Of a stretch of DNA of 64,000 bases, positions 36,201 to 49,055 are shown in pieces. Position numbers and translations under genes: made by a program. The DNA comes from Macrostomum lignano (Eukaryota), in assembly GCA_002269645.1 (NCBI GenBank), contig NIVC01002890.1:1-64000 (forward strand), read 5' to 3'. The first letter of the stretch is position 1. Every line of letters starts with the position of its first letter. Under the pieces are notes generated by a model, which ran no database searches, had not been told where the DNA came from, and worked only from the letters and a program-made list of their open reading frames with translations.

Positions 36201-39200
36201 CCAGAATGGAGATTGGTGGCGCCAGAAATGGGGATCGGTGGCGCCAGAAATGGGGATCGGTGGCGCCAGAAATGGGGATCGGTGGCGCCACGATAAAAAA
36301 TGGGGATCGGTGGCGCTACGATAGAAATGGGGATCAGTGGCGCCAGACGGTGATCGGTGGCGTCAGAAATGGTGATCGGTGGCGCCAGAAATGGGGATCG
36401 GTGGCGCCAGAAATAGGGATCGGTGGCGGCAGAAATGGGGATCGGTGACGCCAGAAATGGGGATCGTTGGTGTCAGAAATGGGGATCAGTGGCGCCAGAA
36501 ATGGGGATCGGTGGTGCCAGAAACGAGCATTTGGAGGTTCTGACCAAGTTTCTATCGAAGCTTCAAACCGAGTTAATTAGTTAGTCGATGGGAGCCTACA
36601 AGATGATCCCTGAGCACACGAGAAAATTTTCTTATTGCCATGTGTGTGCTACGAGTGCGAGCTATAATAGAGAAGTTGTGGACATTGCATGATGAAAGAA
36701 AACATTTGCCCAAGCCCCAAAACATATGAAAAGTGTATAAATATTCCAGCAGAGTCAGACAGGCACGATGGAGACGAGATATTCGCTATGGGTAAATTGC
36801 GAGCTGTGCATTCCGAGACAAAGTCGGTCACGTGATCAATAGTAGTATATAGAAATTTCACCGCATGAAAAAATCAATTTTCGATTGTCAATGCTTGAAA
36901 CAAAATTAAATTATTACTCCATTATTTTGATTCCATGAGAGTTTTAGAAGGCGTAAATTTTTGGTGTTTCACTGTGTTTTGCATGCCCGCGCATTTGATT
37001 CGCAATTTGCTTGAGTTTTTTGTTATAATCTCAGAAATTCTTAGAAAACCACCGTTAATTAGGCACGGTTTGGCCTAACACTAACCGGATTATGAAATGT
37101 TGTAAATCATGTTGTGACATGACGCCGGGTTCAGTTGATCAGCGCAGTAAACAATCGGCACTGCTCAGGTTAAGTTGAATTGGCCGCGGTTAGTACGCAG
37201 CGAGTTAAGGCTGCTTGCGACACCGTTCAAAAGTGTCTTTATTATAATTTAATAAAGAATTAGGTTTTTTAAATCTAAGTAACTGCTTTTGTTAATTTTA
37301 GCTCGCCGCGAAAGTAAGTAATCGGCAGTCACGTGACTGCAACTATTTTCTCTGGAATGTGATGCCAGAGAAATCCGACATGCAGTGCTCTGTCGTCAGT
37401 GTCCGTCAGTTCTGTGTGTCTCAAACAGTTCAGATTAAAAACTTAATACTGTTTTCATGTGCGCTTGCATCTTTAAATGTTATTTTATAACAATTGTATC
37501 ACTTTGGATGTGTTCTTTAAAATACATGTATAAAAACCAGAAATGCTCACTGAAATTAACAGTTCCGATTTATAAGTGCGTCACCAAATTGTACAACTGA
37601 AATGATCTCACATTATGCAAAAAAATGTTTACCAGCGTTAAAAGCACTTACAAAGCCTGTTTCTATACGGTTTGATGATCTCTGTAACTATTTCGTCTTT
37701 GAACTTCTTTCTTAGAGATACAACTTGATCTGAGATGAAAGGTTTCGCAGAAAACGCAATTTTTGTGTCGTCCGTCAAAACTGTTCCGATTCGATGCCAG
37801 CCAGCCAGGCGCTGCTCTGTCGCTGAAGATATTCTTCTTTTAGGTTCTAGTCCACGGATTCTGAAACACTAGATGGGCCGAGCGCTACTTTTGCAATGCA
37901 AAGAGAAATCATGCAATGAAAGCTCAGAGTTGGCTCGACTCTGCAATGAAATTGATATTACGCGCAAATTTCCAAGAATAACTCTGAACAGTAGTGTGAT
38001 AGTAGTGTCATTAGCTAAGTGATCGGCCCATCTAGTGTTTTTTGTATATGTCATTTTAGCTAAATTTGCGTATTTGCGCGTGCGATCTCTGTACTGTTAG
38101 TAGGCATATTACGCAAATTAGCGTATAAATTTATATTCTCCCATCGAAACTGCACTGCACAGACGCCGACGAGGATGACGAATCGGACTCCGATGACGAC
38201 TCCGACTTTGAGTCCGAGGAGGAGGAGTCCGACGGCGAGGGCGTCCGGTATGACCTGGACATCTGTCCGGCCGGCTGCGATCAGAACCTGTACGACAACA
38301 CCTGCGCACTGAGGGAGAAGCGACTCGACTTGGAAGAAGAACTCGCCGAGGAGCGCAAAACTATGGAGGCGCTGCGCAAAGAACTCGAAGGATTGCAGAA
38401 GAAAGCGCGCGCGGTGGAGACAGCGCTGGCGCAGGCCGAGAAGGAGCTGGAGGCCTTCCAGCTGGAGAAGCAGAGCAAGCTGAACGAGTTGGAGACGGTA
38501 GGCAGATTTCTACCTTAAAGTATTGATTTTAAACCTCACTCACTGCCGCTTCCTAGCCCCAACTAGACACCCAACTCACTCCCTTCCAATTCCTAACCCC
38601 AACGAGACACCCACCTCACTCCCTTCCAATTCCTAACCCCAACGAGACATCCGCCTCACTCCCTTCCAATTCCTAGCCTCAAATAGGCACCCACCTCACT
38701 CCCTGCCGCTTCCTAGCCCCAATGAGACACCCACCTCACTCCCTGCCGGCCTCTAGCCCCAACTAGACACCCACCTCACTCCCTTCCAATTGTAAACCCC
38801 AAAAAGACTCCCACTTCACTCCCTGTTGATTTCTAACCTAACTTTAAGCCATAAAATTTCTGCATCACTTCGCAGGTTGTCGTATTGCGATTGCACCAGA
38901 TTCTGCACCACGAAAACGGTCACCTGCCGCAAGACATTTCAAATTGTTTGGTATTTGAACGTTCCGCTTTGCTGCAGCTGAAGCGACGAATTAGCGAGCT
39001 GCAGGAGGAGAAGCACCAGCAGAACAAAGAGCAGAAAGATGCCAAGCGGAAGAATATCCAGTTGAACAAAGACCGCAGACTTTATCAGGCGCACATCGAC
39101 GACATGATGGTCAAATGCGACAAGATGATGGTCGACAAATTTGGCAAAGTGGAGGACATGGAGAAGCTGGAGCAGATTGTCGTTAATCCGAAGATCGAAG

Positions 39201-41665
39201 AGCTAACAGTGAAGATGTTTGAGCAGCAGGAGAAAATGCTGGACGAGATGAACCAGTGGGATGTAAGTGAATCGAGCAGAAAAAATTACCCCTTATCATC
39301 TTTAAATGCTTTACATAATCGTAGGGTTCTCATGATCATAGGGTTCTCATGATCATAGGGTTCTCATGATTATAGGGTTCTCATGATCATAGGGCTCTCA
39401 TGATAATAGGGTTCTCATGATCATAGCGTTCTCATGATCATTGGGTTCTCATGATTGTAGGGTTCTCATGATCATAGGGTTCTCATGATAATAGGGTTCT
39501 CATGATAATAGGGTTCTCATGATCATAGGGCTCTCATGATCATAGGGTTCTCATGATCATAGGGTTCTCATGATCATAGGGTTCTCATGATCATTGGGTT
39601 CTCATGATCATAGGGTTCTCATGATAATAGGGTTCTCATGATAATAGGGTTCTCATGATCATAGGGCTCTCATGATCATAGGGTTCTCATGATCATAGGG
39701 TTCTCATGATCATAGGGTTCTCATGATCATAGGGTTCTCATGATCACAGGGCTCTCATGATCATAGGGTTCTCATGATCATAGGGTTCTCATGATCATAG
39801 GGTTCTCATGATCATACGGTTCTCATGATCATAGGGTTCTCGTGATCATAGGGTTCTCATGATTGTAGGGTTCTCATGATCATAGGGTTCTCATGATCAT
39901 TGGGTTCTCATGATCATTGGGTTCCCATGATCATTGGGTCCCTATGATCATAGGGTTCTCATGATCATTGGCTTGTCATGATCATAGGGTTCTCATGATT
40001 GTAGTGTTCTTATGAACTCATTTTCAGGCTCCTAATATTTAGTCACCATGAAAACTAGCCCCTAACACCTTATAAACACTGTGCAGGACAAGATCCGCGA
40101 GGCCAAGGACCAGCTCATCAGTCAGACGCGGGACAACACGAAGAAGCTCAGCCAGATGCTGATGCTGTACACTGACCAGTTCGAGCTGGAGGAACAGATC
40201 GAATCCAGGCAAAAGAATTTGGTAAGCTGAGAACTGGCTGGCGCGTATCATGCTACTTATAGCAAAAATTCCAACATTTCTTCATCCACCAACCATATCG
40301 GAAGTAGAGTGCTAGTTTTTAGTAGCTCGTAGTTAATTAATTTCGTTCCCATGGTTTATATCAAATTATCAAACTAATTTTGTGTTCGATACCAATTACC
40401 GAATTATTATTTATTAATAATGTCCGGATAATTTGCAGGCAACTCTGCCAATGACATCTGTGGGTTTCTGCTACAGATTTGGCTGATAGCTATTTTGTTT
40501 TAATCTTTCCTATCCCAGTTTTGAACTGGAGTTTGTCACTTTTTGTTTTGTAACTTTCTGTTTATTAAGACGCTCACCAGAGGTTCATTTTATAACCCTT
40601 TTATAAAACTTTTGAGTATTTTTTCAAGCTTCCTCTGAAAGTCAATTTCAAAGAAATTGCATGCATCTGCATTTGATAGAGGATTGTCTTTTGAAATTTT
40701 AGTTAGACTGAAATCACTGCTCTGTATCGAAGTTCCACGCACTTTATTCGATTGTGAACTTTTTCTGTCTTTCACGGTTTTACTAGAAATGAATTCCATT
40801 TATTAAAAAGTAAAAAATCTAGACTTTGAGATGGCACAGCGCTACCTTCATCCTGAACCTCCCTGATCCTTTAGTTTGGGTGCCACCTACATGCACACCC
40901 ACCCTGATCATTCAGTTTGGGTGCCACCTACATGTACACCCACCCTGATCCTTCAGTTTGGGTGCCACCTACATGCACACCCGCCCTGATCCTTCAGTTT
41001 GGGTGCCACCTACATGTACACCCACCCTGATCCTTCAGTTTGGGTGCCACCTACATGTACACCCGCCATGATCCTTCAGTTTGGGTGCCACCTACATGTA
41101 CACCCACCCTGATCCTTCAGTTTGGGTGCCACCTACATGTACACCCACCCTGATCATTCAGTTTGGGTGCCACCTACATGTACACCCACCCTGATCCTTC
41201 AGTTTGGGTGCCACCTACATGCACACCCGCCCTGATCCTTCAGTTTGGGTGCCACCTACATGCACACCCGCCCTGATCCTTCAGTTTGGGTGCCACCTAC
41301 ATGCACACCCGCCCTGATCCTTCAGTTTGGGTGCCACCTACATGTAGACCCGCCCTGATCCTTCAGCTAAAAGTACATTGGCCTCCCTGCCTAAACCGCT
41401 CTGTACTTCTAGTTACAAAACAGTAGTCTATTTGAAGACAGTACTGCAGACTGTTGACTCACATGTGCAACCGTACAAACGCTTGCAGGGCTCCGAGTAC
41501 CAAGGCGCCAGAGAAGCTGACATCGAGGAGATTGAGAAACTGATGCAGCTGGTGCAGATCCAGGCTCAGGAGCTCAACGCGCTCAAAGAGGAGATCGGAA
41601 TGCTGTCCCGAAAAGGCGGTCACATCCTGCCGCCCGTGCAGCCACCGATGCAGGGTCCGCTGTAA
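21221..41665 (+). CDS. CFAP44: Cilia- and flagella-associated protein 44 (WDR52). Exons 21221-22771, 22901-23587, 24387-24823, 26575-27078, 27275-27502, 28141-28489, 30241-30578, 31659-31843, 32158-32269, 34475-34879, 35676-35859, 38163-38497, 38876-39262, 40087-40221, 41489-41665
   Basis: Acidic N-terminus followed by WD40 motifs YSYGYDCTKRDNL, PDFMLTIWDW, GHVRFWKMASTFTGLKLQG, WLAQDSNGGIWRLDLSFS, PSPILCG and MHDNDYG. Long C-terminal coiled coils end in LSRKGGHILPP. All introns are GT-AG with matching phases where checked. Several 1-nt indels in exons 1 and 3. Confidence 0.95.
23602..24318. repeat. 29-bp minisatellite (GGATTAAGCCTCAGATCCTCAGGCTACTA), about 24 copies, CFAP44 intron 2
   Basis: Starts about 14 nt after the donor at 23588. 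Higher-order block of about 230 bp. Confidence 0.97.
25705..25885. mobile_element. Solo arm fragment of the foldback element found in CFAP44 intron 9
   Basis: AAGAAAGGCACAACATATCAAAAGATGA...TCTGCCTCCTATC...AATTTTTGTGCTGAAAAAAT matches 33550-33640. Confidence 0.75.
27540..28030. repeat. 49-bp minisatellite (GAAGTGACTCTGGACGAGTTGCTCTGTCTCCTGATACCTTCCTCTGCAT), about 10 copies, CFAP44 intron 5
   Basis: Homogeneous centre with degenerate edges. Confidence 0.95.
28596..29185. repeat. 14-bp minisatellite (CTCTGGTGTCTACC), more than 30 copies, preceded by a related GTCCTCTGCCCACT repeat, CFAP44 intron 6
   Basis: Visible tandem array. Confidence 0.95.
30565..31225. repeat. 27-bp G-rich minisatellite (CCTAGATAGGGGTGGGTGGCTCTGTGG), about 24 copies, CFAP44 exon 7/intron 7 boundary
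   Basis: The first degenerate unit CCTGGATGAAAAG|GTGGGGTGGCTCTGTGG straddles the donor at 30579. Confidence 0.95.
31935..32065. repeat. Degenerate ~31-bp repeat (AAAAACAGCAC...CAGCA), about 4 copies, CFAP44 intron 8
   Basis: AAAAACAGCA/AAAAACAGTA recurs four times at about 31-nt spacing. Confidence 0.6.
32938..33761. mobile_element. About 820-bp palindromic foldback element in CFAP44 intron 9
   Basis: Arm 32938-33260 (TGCACACAAGGACT...) is the reverse complement of 33445-33761 (...AGTCCTTGTGTGCA). A second inverted pair lies inside at 33315-33418. Confidence 0.9.
34909..35578. repeat. 20-bp minisatellite (TCTCTGACTGACTGGAGATG), about 33 copies, CFAP44 intron 10
   Basis: Visible tandem array starting about 30 nt after the donor. 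Confidence 0.97.
36027..36523. repeat. 22-bp minisatellite (GGTGGCGCCAGAAATGGGGATC), about 22 copies, CFAP44 intron 11
   Basis: Visible, moderately degenerate. Confidence 0.93.
37864..38040. mobile_element. Short MITE-like element with an 18-bp inverted repeat
   Basis: AAACACTAGATGGGCCGA (37864-37881) and TCGGCCCATCTAGTGTTT (38023-38040). No clear TSD. Confidence 0.55.
38535..38830. repeat. 40-bp minisatellite (CACCCACCTCACTCCCTTCCAATTCCTAACCCCAACGAGA), about 7 copies, CFAP44 intron 12
   Basis: Fills most of a 378-nt intron. Confidence 0.9.
39320..40012. repeat. 17-bp minisatellite (ATCATAGGGTTCTCATG), about 40 copies, CFAP44 intron 13
   Basis: Visible tandem array. Confidence 0.97.
40858..41366. 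repeat. 41-bp minisatellite (CCCTGATCCTTCAGTTTGGGTGCCACCTACATGTACACCCA), about 12 copies, CFAP44 intron 14
   Basis: Visible tandem array. Confidence 0.97.
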
Positions 41666-42584
41666 CCCGTGACGCTGTGCTGTTGAATTACAACCGTTTT
41701 ATTTCATTAATACTAAACCGTTTGTTTGACAGTTTTGACTCCCTTATTTAATTGCTTCAATGAATATGTTTTGCGATTCCGAGAACCTTCTGAAATTCTA
41801 TGAATATTGTGACGCTTAACTTAGCGTTGGACTCAACTTAAACTATATCATAATATCTTCGAAATTTTCAAACAAAAATGTGATTTTCTACTTTCATCCC
41901 CCGATCCCCTAAAAACTGAATTTCAATGATTCCCTACTCTAATTTAATTCCCGGCCTAAACCTATGTGGAGATTTCTTCGCTTTAGAGACAAAAATACAA
42001 AAAATCACAAAGCACAAAGCAAAACTGCTTATTTTCAAAGTTTTACGCTGTTGGTCGAGTTTATTTAAACTTGAATCAATGGATAATTTGACTGCCTACT
42101 TATCTAGCATAACAAAGAATCGAAAAAGTCAGGTAAAGTTTGGTATCGCAGTATATTTTTAAGAGCTTTGTTTAAGCAAGGAAGATAATCAAGTGCAGTT
42201 GGTCCTTGTCTGTACTATACTGCTACTACTTATTTTTCGTGAGTAGTATCATTTCTCTATATATCAACAAAAATGCATTTGAGTGTAAATTAAAAAACTT
42301 CAACAACTGGCCTCCAATCATGCGGACAACTGAAGCAGACGGACCCTGGGCGCTCGGTTTTCTTAGAAATGAGCTGGAGGCCGCGGTAAGGAACGCATAT
42401 TTGTCGATAGAACGCATAGCGATGAATGGGGTTTCGCCATAGACAATTTCTCGAGAGCTTACGCACTGATTGACGTTCCTTTCTCCCGCCCATTTCTCAG
42501 GAAATCGAATTTAGTTGTCCTTGTACTCGTGCTTCAGCTGTCTATGTCTCCAATAGTACATGGCTGTTATTTCAATTGAGAGAA

Positions 42585-43466
42585 TCAGAACTTGTCCATT
42601 CCGAGCGAGACCGAGCCAGACAGCTGGGTCGGCAGCAGGACTCGCTCCTCCCCGCCGCCTCGTACCGACTTTTTCCCAGCCGCCGTTGCAGTAGGCGTCG
42701 ACTTTTTGCCTTTAGCAGCGCCAGTCGCTTTTGGTCGCGCCTTCTTTTTCTGTTGCGACTGTTGCTGTTGCTGCAGAGCGTCCTCTTGAAGATATTGCAG
42801 GCTCAGCTGGCTGGAGGCGAGGCAGTTATTTGACAGTCGATTTGGCTGGATGCGTCGATCAGTCGCAGTCTGCTGCTGCTGCTGTAGTTGCTGCTGCTGT
42901 TGCTGCGCGGCCAGTTCGCGCAGTTCCCGAGTCTTCCTGCCGGCCTGGCAGTGCGACGCCACGCAGCAGACGTAGATAAACAGCAGCAGGCTGATCAGCA
43001 AGGCGAGCAGGCCGTAGTTACGCGCCTCAGTCCAGTCGGTGGCCAGGCCCCATACGGCCACCACGGCCGCAGCAAGAACGGCCCCGCCCAGTAGGCCGAA
43101 CGCCAGAACGAACAGCAGGGCTCGGCAGGCCGAGACAGAGCAGCGCACGTTCAAGCAGCAGCAATAGTACAGCTGGGTGGGCTTCGGCCTCGGGTCCAGG
43201 CACGTGCAATCGATCACAATGTCCGGCACGCAGCTCACTTTGGAGGAGGTGGCCGATTTTGAAGCGGCCGCGGCAGCGAACGCCGGCTCCGAAGCCGCTT
43301 CGTTCGACGTCGACGTGCCCGGAGTTGTGACAGCATCGGCTGGCGGGCCGGACTTCATGCTGCGCAGCTCAACGAGTTGTTTGTCGAATTTCTCGCACTG
43401 CTCGCAGTCGCTATTCTCGGCCTCGTCAACCGGGAACAGGCTCGATGGTGCCAGGATGATGCTCAT
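42585..43466 (-). CDS. Single-exon uncharacterised membrane protein, 293 aa, two predicted TM helices
   Basis: Intact ATG-to-stop ORF with the same GC-rich, polyQ/polyA style as the other exons. Hydrophobic pair ALLFVLAFGLLGGAVLAAAVVAVWGL and YGLLALLISLLLFIYVCCV, flanked by Cys clusters. Confidence 0.7.
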   Translation of the reverse strand: MSIILAPSSLFPVDEAENSDCEQCEKFDKQLVELRSMKSGPPADAVTTPGTSTSNEAASEPAFAAAAASKSATSSKVSCVPDIVIDCTCLDPRPKPTQLYYCCCLNVRCSVSACRALLFVLAFGLLGGAVLAAAVVAVWGLATDWTEARNYGLLALLISLLLFIYVCCVASHCQAGRKTRELRELAAQQQQQQLQQQQQTATDRRIQPNRLSNNCLASSQLSLQYLQEDALQQQQQSQQKKKARPKATGAAKGKKSTPTATAAGKKSVRGGGEERVLLPTQLSGSVSLGMDKF

Positions 43467-45233
43467 GCGTTTGAATCTGGCGAGGCCGTGCGATGGAACA
43501 ACTATTTATTATTAGATTGCAAAAACTTTCAATCCGAATCTGTTGCAGCAGAACCAACTGACAGCAAGGTGACTCCCAGACTTCTATAAGTGAAAGTTCA
43601 GTCCGCTCTGCAGCTGCCCCGTTGGATGTACGTTGACGCGCTTTTTAGCCTATTTGGGCAGGGCGGTCCTGTTTTACTCTCTTCCCTCTATTCCATTTCT
43701 AGCGCGAAATTAACCCGAATGTAAGAAAAAAGCGACAGCCCCGTACTTTCGCTCTTCATTTCTTGCTTTCTTTCTTTCTTGCCATCTGGCCGCACCGCAC
43801 GTACCATGCGTACCATGTGCGCATCTCGTCATGCAGTGAAAGGTTTGTAGGGCTGCCTGCAGGCATAGCTGTGTAGAGCTAAAATTGCGATGCGTGTGGC
43901 CCGAGCGAACCGGATTGAACACGACACCTCTGCATTACCGTTTTTACCCCCCCCCCCTAACCTGCATCGCAGGATGTACATCCGGGCCATTTTCGAATCG
44001 TCGATCGGCTTCCCGCAGAGCACGCAAAATTCGATGGTGTGACGATCGATTCGAAATCTTTAGAAGTGCTTTATAAAAAATTCCTTTCTGGTATAGTACG
44101 GGGTATTTCTATTTCGAATCCCTGAATCTATAAGGATAGCTACTGCTGCATTTAAATCCGAGGGGAAATGCCAGATGTCAGGCCCTCTGCACGCGGTCAG
44201 CTGGCCATGCTTCTTGTTGGTGTTGGCTTGCGCTATACTGACTGACGCACAAGGCAGGGCATATAGTGGGATATTACAAAAAATGTCACAGCAATCAACT
44301 TCACTGCGCGGTTGATAAGTCTCAGAAGCTAAAGCGAACGGAAAGGAATTCACCATAAAAAATTATACCCAACATTTTGGATGATGCAGAAAGAAGTGGC
44401 CCCGATGGAGTCAATATCTTCTTCTTTTTTAGATTACTCAGAACTGCATATTTAACGAGAGTAACACACTAAAAAGTGGGGGTCGAACCTCTCGCAGGCA
44501 GACTGAGACGACTGGTTTCTGGCGTGTTTGCCTTCGTCAGTGAGCCACACAGATCGATACGTGTACTACTACTAGTAAAATAATTAAAAGTAGATGGGTC
44601 ACTTATGCATAGAATGCTTAGTAAAATCGTACAGCTTTCTACTCTCAGTTCAGTTGCAAGATCGAAACACAAGCTATTTATTGAAGTAAATGCACTGAAA
44701 TCTGAATATGACTTTGCGAAGTTTAGAAGCCAAGCTTCCAGACTTAAAACTATGCAAATATGCTGAGCGGGCCCATACATACATAGTTATTTTTTAAGTA
44801 CATCTAGCCACAAGCCGTCCTCTAGCTCCCACCACTCGTAGTGTGCAGAGTCGTTTCTTTTTTATGCTGCCGTTTGTTTTTTCACCGGCTACGCCCGATC
44901 TTTACGTCGTCCTTTTTTCAAGGGATATTTTTTCGGGCTTACGCGTTAATATTTTACGATTCAAATCTGCCTTCGTCTACTTTTCTCAGTAGTCTTATTT
45001 GAATCTCTCCCATAATGAGTACTGCATATGTACATGTATTTGTGCAGCCGTGCCGTTAGGCCTTGCCTCATGTACATGTTACATGCATGCCCGTGTAAAA
45101 AATGTAGTACAAAATATACTGTGAAATTTAGGTGTCTTAAAAAGGTTAAAATATTATTGCATGAACGTAATCCTGTTCATGGATTTTTATTTCAAATTAG
45201 GAAGTCGTTTTCATGTTAAAGCTAAAGCAACAC

Positions 45234-47051
45234 CCCGGCGGTAAAAATCACGTCGAAATGACGTCGAAAAGCGACGTCGAAATTTCATGTCGATTTGAAC
45301 CACGATTTCGACGTCGAAATTTTCGCCATCAGATGTAGAGTGTGCGACGTCGCGTTTTCCACTATTGATGGCGAAAAGTCGACGTCGTTCATATTCATGA
45401 TGACCGCAAGTAGATGGCGATTTTCGACTAATTGACGATTTTTATCGACATATACTAATTAATATTAATAATATACTGTAGTGCATTAGTTTCATAGTTA
45501 TAAAAAGTTATTTTTTTCAATAGTTATAAACTGACGAACTACATGTACGATCTACAAACGAACTAAGCTGACGAAACATAAATGTTAATCCATACACTAA
45601 AGTCACTAAAATCTACCTAAATAGGAAAGAAATATTTAAGCATAAAATGCCAAGCAAGGCTGCATGACGTTTCATTTGCTATCCAAACCAGATCCTATTA
45701 TCCCGCAACCATGAAAAAGTATACAGTGTATATTCAATTCACCAGCAATTGGAAACGATCATAGAAATAGCATAAAAGCTATCAAGAATAGAAAATAGAC
45801 GATGGAAAAATAAGGAACAACAATGTCAACAAATGCAACTAAATGTAATTCAACAAATTGTAATCGTGAAAGGGAAACACTGAAAATCAACGGCGTCTGC
45901 GCGGTTACTCCACACGGAAATTCAGCTTTTGCGTCTTGTGCGGTCACGTAGGACGTCCTCAGCCGCCGAGTTGACAGAGGGGCATTTGCATGAATTTTTG
46001 GTAGAGTAAGCAGCGGCTTTACTAAACAAGTAAAATGCTATACAATGTTCTATATATTCCTGGGCCATATAGAGCATTTATAAAAGTTTTTATAGCATAG
46101 TTACATAGTATATCCTGTTTTCATTACATAGAAAAAATAGATAATTATAGTATGAGTAGTATTTCATGCTCTAGATGCTGGCGATAAGGTACTTAAATGC
46201 TATAGCTGTTCTAGTTATTTCATGAGCAGTTATGGGTTGGGCTATGCTTTTATTTAGAATGTAACAAACATATATTAGAATGAATAATTAAATAATTAAT
46301 GTTTAAATGGGATAATTATATATACTATTTAGGCTAAAATTATAATTACGTCTATGTCCTAAATGTCCTAAAAATTTTTTTCAAAACAAACATTTTTTTA
46401 GCTATAGAATTGTGCTTTTATTACATTTATAAAAGCTAATCTATTATTGTTTATTAAATATTACACTATTATTAATTTCCAATAAGCTGTACTAAAACGT
46501 AAAAAGTTGCTAATTTATGGCTACTTTATTATTAATTCACTTATCCTGTATAAAAAGTTAAACCTATCCGTCCTATAAGCAACAGTATTATAAAACATCG
46601 AACTTTAAACGCATAAATTGTATATCACATTAATTATCGAAAAAATAATGAAACGCAATGAAAGAATATGAATTGCCATGTTTGTTACAGAAAATTTACG
46701 TTAAAGATTTACGTATGAATCGCAGTAAAATAATTTGGAAGTCTGCAATTGACAAATAATAGATCGACATTCAGCATGGCGATATTTTTAAAAAGGTGTA
46801 TCTCGCGATGCGTTGAAACAAAAAAAAACGTTGTGTCAGTTTTACTGAATTTATTGATCCTTTCAATACACTGAAAATCACGTTGAAAAAATATTTTTCA
46901 AATATCACTAATAATTATTTCTGCAAAAAAGAAGATAAAAATTTCATATCGAAATTTCGACGTCAAATGAAGGTTCAAACGACTACTCATTTGTCGCAAG
47001 TTTTTGAAAGGCGAATATCGACGTCATTTCGACGTGATTTTTACCGCCGGG
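45234..47051. mobile_element. Non-autonomous DNA transposon, CCC...GGG termini with a 2-bp TSD (EnSpm/CMC-like)
   Basis: The 34-bp TIR CCCGGCGGTAAAAATCACGTCGAAATGACGTCGA is mirrored at 47018-47051. AC flanks both ends. Subterminal GACGTCGAAA motifs; AT-rich interior with no transposase ORF. Confidence 0.8.
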
Positions 47052-48899
47052 ACTGCATATGGGGACCGGAGAGTCATGGTTGAGGTGAGATTTTACATAC
47101 ATGTACAGGTAGTCGAATGATCGTCATCTCAGAATTCGTCATATGATGTTAAGCTGCAAAAGACTATGTAGCATTGGTTTTTATTAGTCATCTAAAGACT
47201 TTCAGTTCTGTGAACAGCTTGTTGTCATACCATGTACACGAACAGTACCAACACCGGCCCTTTGAACTAGATTTCTTTCTTTCACTTATGTACTTGTGAA
47301 GTATGTACAATATTGTTACTTTATGCAGCTTGTGGGCGATTTGGACTGGCGATGAGAAATTCGAATTCGATCATGTATGAGTGGCATACAGTGTATGTTG
47401 AATTAAAATAGTAGTACTTCTTTTATGAATAAGAAAATGTGCATAACTGCAGGTCGTGGTCAGTGAAAGCACCCTTCATAATTTGCTGAATATATTGTTA
47501 CGTTATACATAATCTGTTAGTGGCAGTTTAATTTTTTAGTTTTTTTTGTTCATCCTTTACCCCTTAAAAAGTTCGTGAGTTCTGCTTTTAACTTTAAAAA
47601 CAAAAAATTCCAAGAAATTTTCGTAATTAACTTTAACTGAATTCCTAAATTCGGTATATTTATTTCTCGTGTGAAAGTGACCTCATCAGTCATCATCAGT
47701 GATGGCGTCTTGCCTGAGATAAGATAACGAATTCGACTACACCCTTAAAGTCGACTACCCCCTACAAAGTTCTGAAGATGAAGTGAAACATAACATATTC
47801 AAGACCAAGTTAAGTTATGAGCAATCAAGCCCAAAAATAGGCACAAAGACTGTGTTGGATTTGATTGTCTGGTAGTATTTCATTGCTAAAAAGTTGCCAA
47901 GGCTCAATGAGAAGTGCTAGGCTAGCCTAATAAGATGGTAAAGAGAAGGGAGTAGTGAGATGCCAAAATTCGAGGAGTACTGAATGTGAAGCCTAGAGCC
48001 TAACTCTTAAGTTTTAGATACATGCCAAGCCAGGATTAGGAAAGTGCCCATTATGTGGCTGGTCTCATTGTCTGGTCAAACTTTCCATACATATCTTAGA
48101 GCAAGTCAGTATTGCAGATGGGGTGAAATAATATTCAAGACAATCAGGTTAGGTAGTAATTAATAAAAAAAGTTTTGATGAGGAGTCACACAAAGTAATG
48201 GAAAGAGTGCAGTGCACACATATGATAAATAGCAAGCAACATGTTTAAAAATTAATATTTTAATAATTGTTTCCTAAAATGGGTTTAATTGGGTTAAGAC
48301 TGCTAGGAATTTTAGGATAGTTTATTTAATAATAAAAAGTCATATAATAATATACAATTATATAATTGTAACAATCAATATATTATTAATAAAGACAGTT
48401 GTTATTAAGTTTGTGACTAGGCCTACAATTAGCATTTTTATAGTCAACACATAAAACAAAAATGATTGTATGAAGTAGTGCATTATATTATAATTTAAAT
48501 ATACATTTTATTATACTCTTGTCATGATTTAATAATGTGCCTTTTTCATTAACAAAAATACCATAGTTGAATTACTGACAAAAAGTTTGTTTAAATGTTG
48601 TGTTCCAAAATAATATTTTGCAAATATATTTTGTTTTAAATAGTTTAAAGTTTCATATAAATAGAAGACCAAAAACTGAAAGAGCAAACTTGTTTATGAA
48701 GCAATCTTAACTATTAACTTTTAATTTGGAAAGGCTACTAATTGAATTCACTTTGGCAATTCAAGAGACTTTATTTATTTTACAAGAGACCCCAAAGTGA
48801 GAGAATTAAAACCTTAAAAGTGAGAACCACCTTAGATTAGAACAGTAAATTGCTACAAAGCAGTAAAATTGCTTTAGAGCAGTATAAATGCTTAGAAGC

Positions 48900-49055
48900 C
48901 TATCTTCTCTCTTTTCTTATCTATCCTCTTCCCTCTCTTCTCCCTTCTTTACTCCCTTTTCTCTTCTCTCTCCCCTCTCTCCCCTCTTTTCTCTTCTTCT
49001 TTTTCCTCTCTTCTCTTTGCCTTCTCTCTCATCTTGCTTCTTATATCTCCTCTTA
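48900..49055. repeat. CT-rich low-complexity tract
   Basis: Polypyrimidine run of about 150 nt. Confidence 0.8.

Noticed and set aside
3296-41665. Calling DHX38 or CFAP44 pseudogenes
   Set aside because: Lesions are only isolated 1-nt indels, while motifs and splice sites are intact. Sequencing error is more parsimonious, so this is kept only as a testable alternative.
44495-44555. Hammerhead ribozyme on the minus strand (CTGACGA...GGC AAACAC GCC...AGAAAC)
   Set aside because: The 10.1-11.1 position is A-A rather than G-C, stem III has only 2 bp, and there is no complementary stem I.
47660-47800. Pogo/Tigger-like TIR fragment (TCGACTACACCC...GTCGACTACCCC)
   Set aside because: Only a short motif duplication; no matching opposite end was found.
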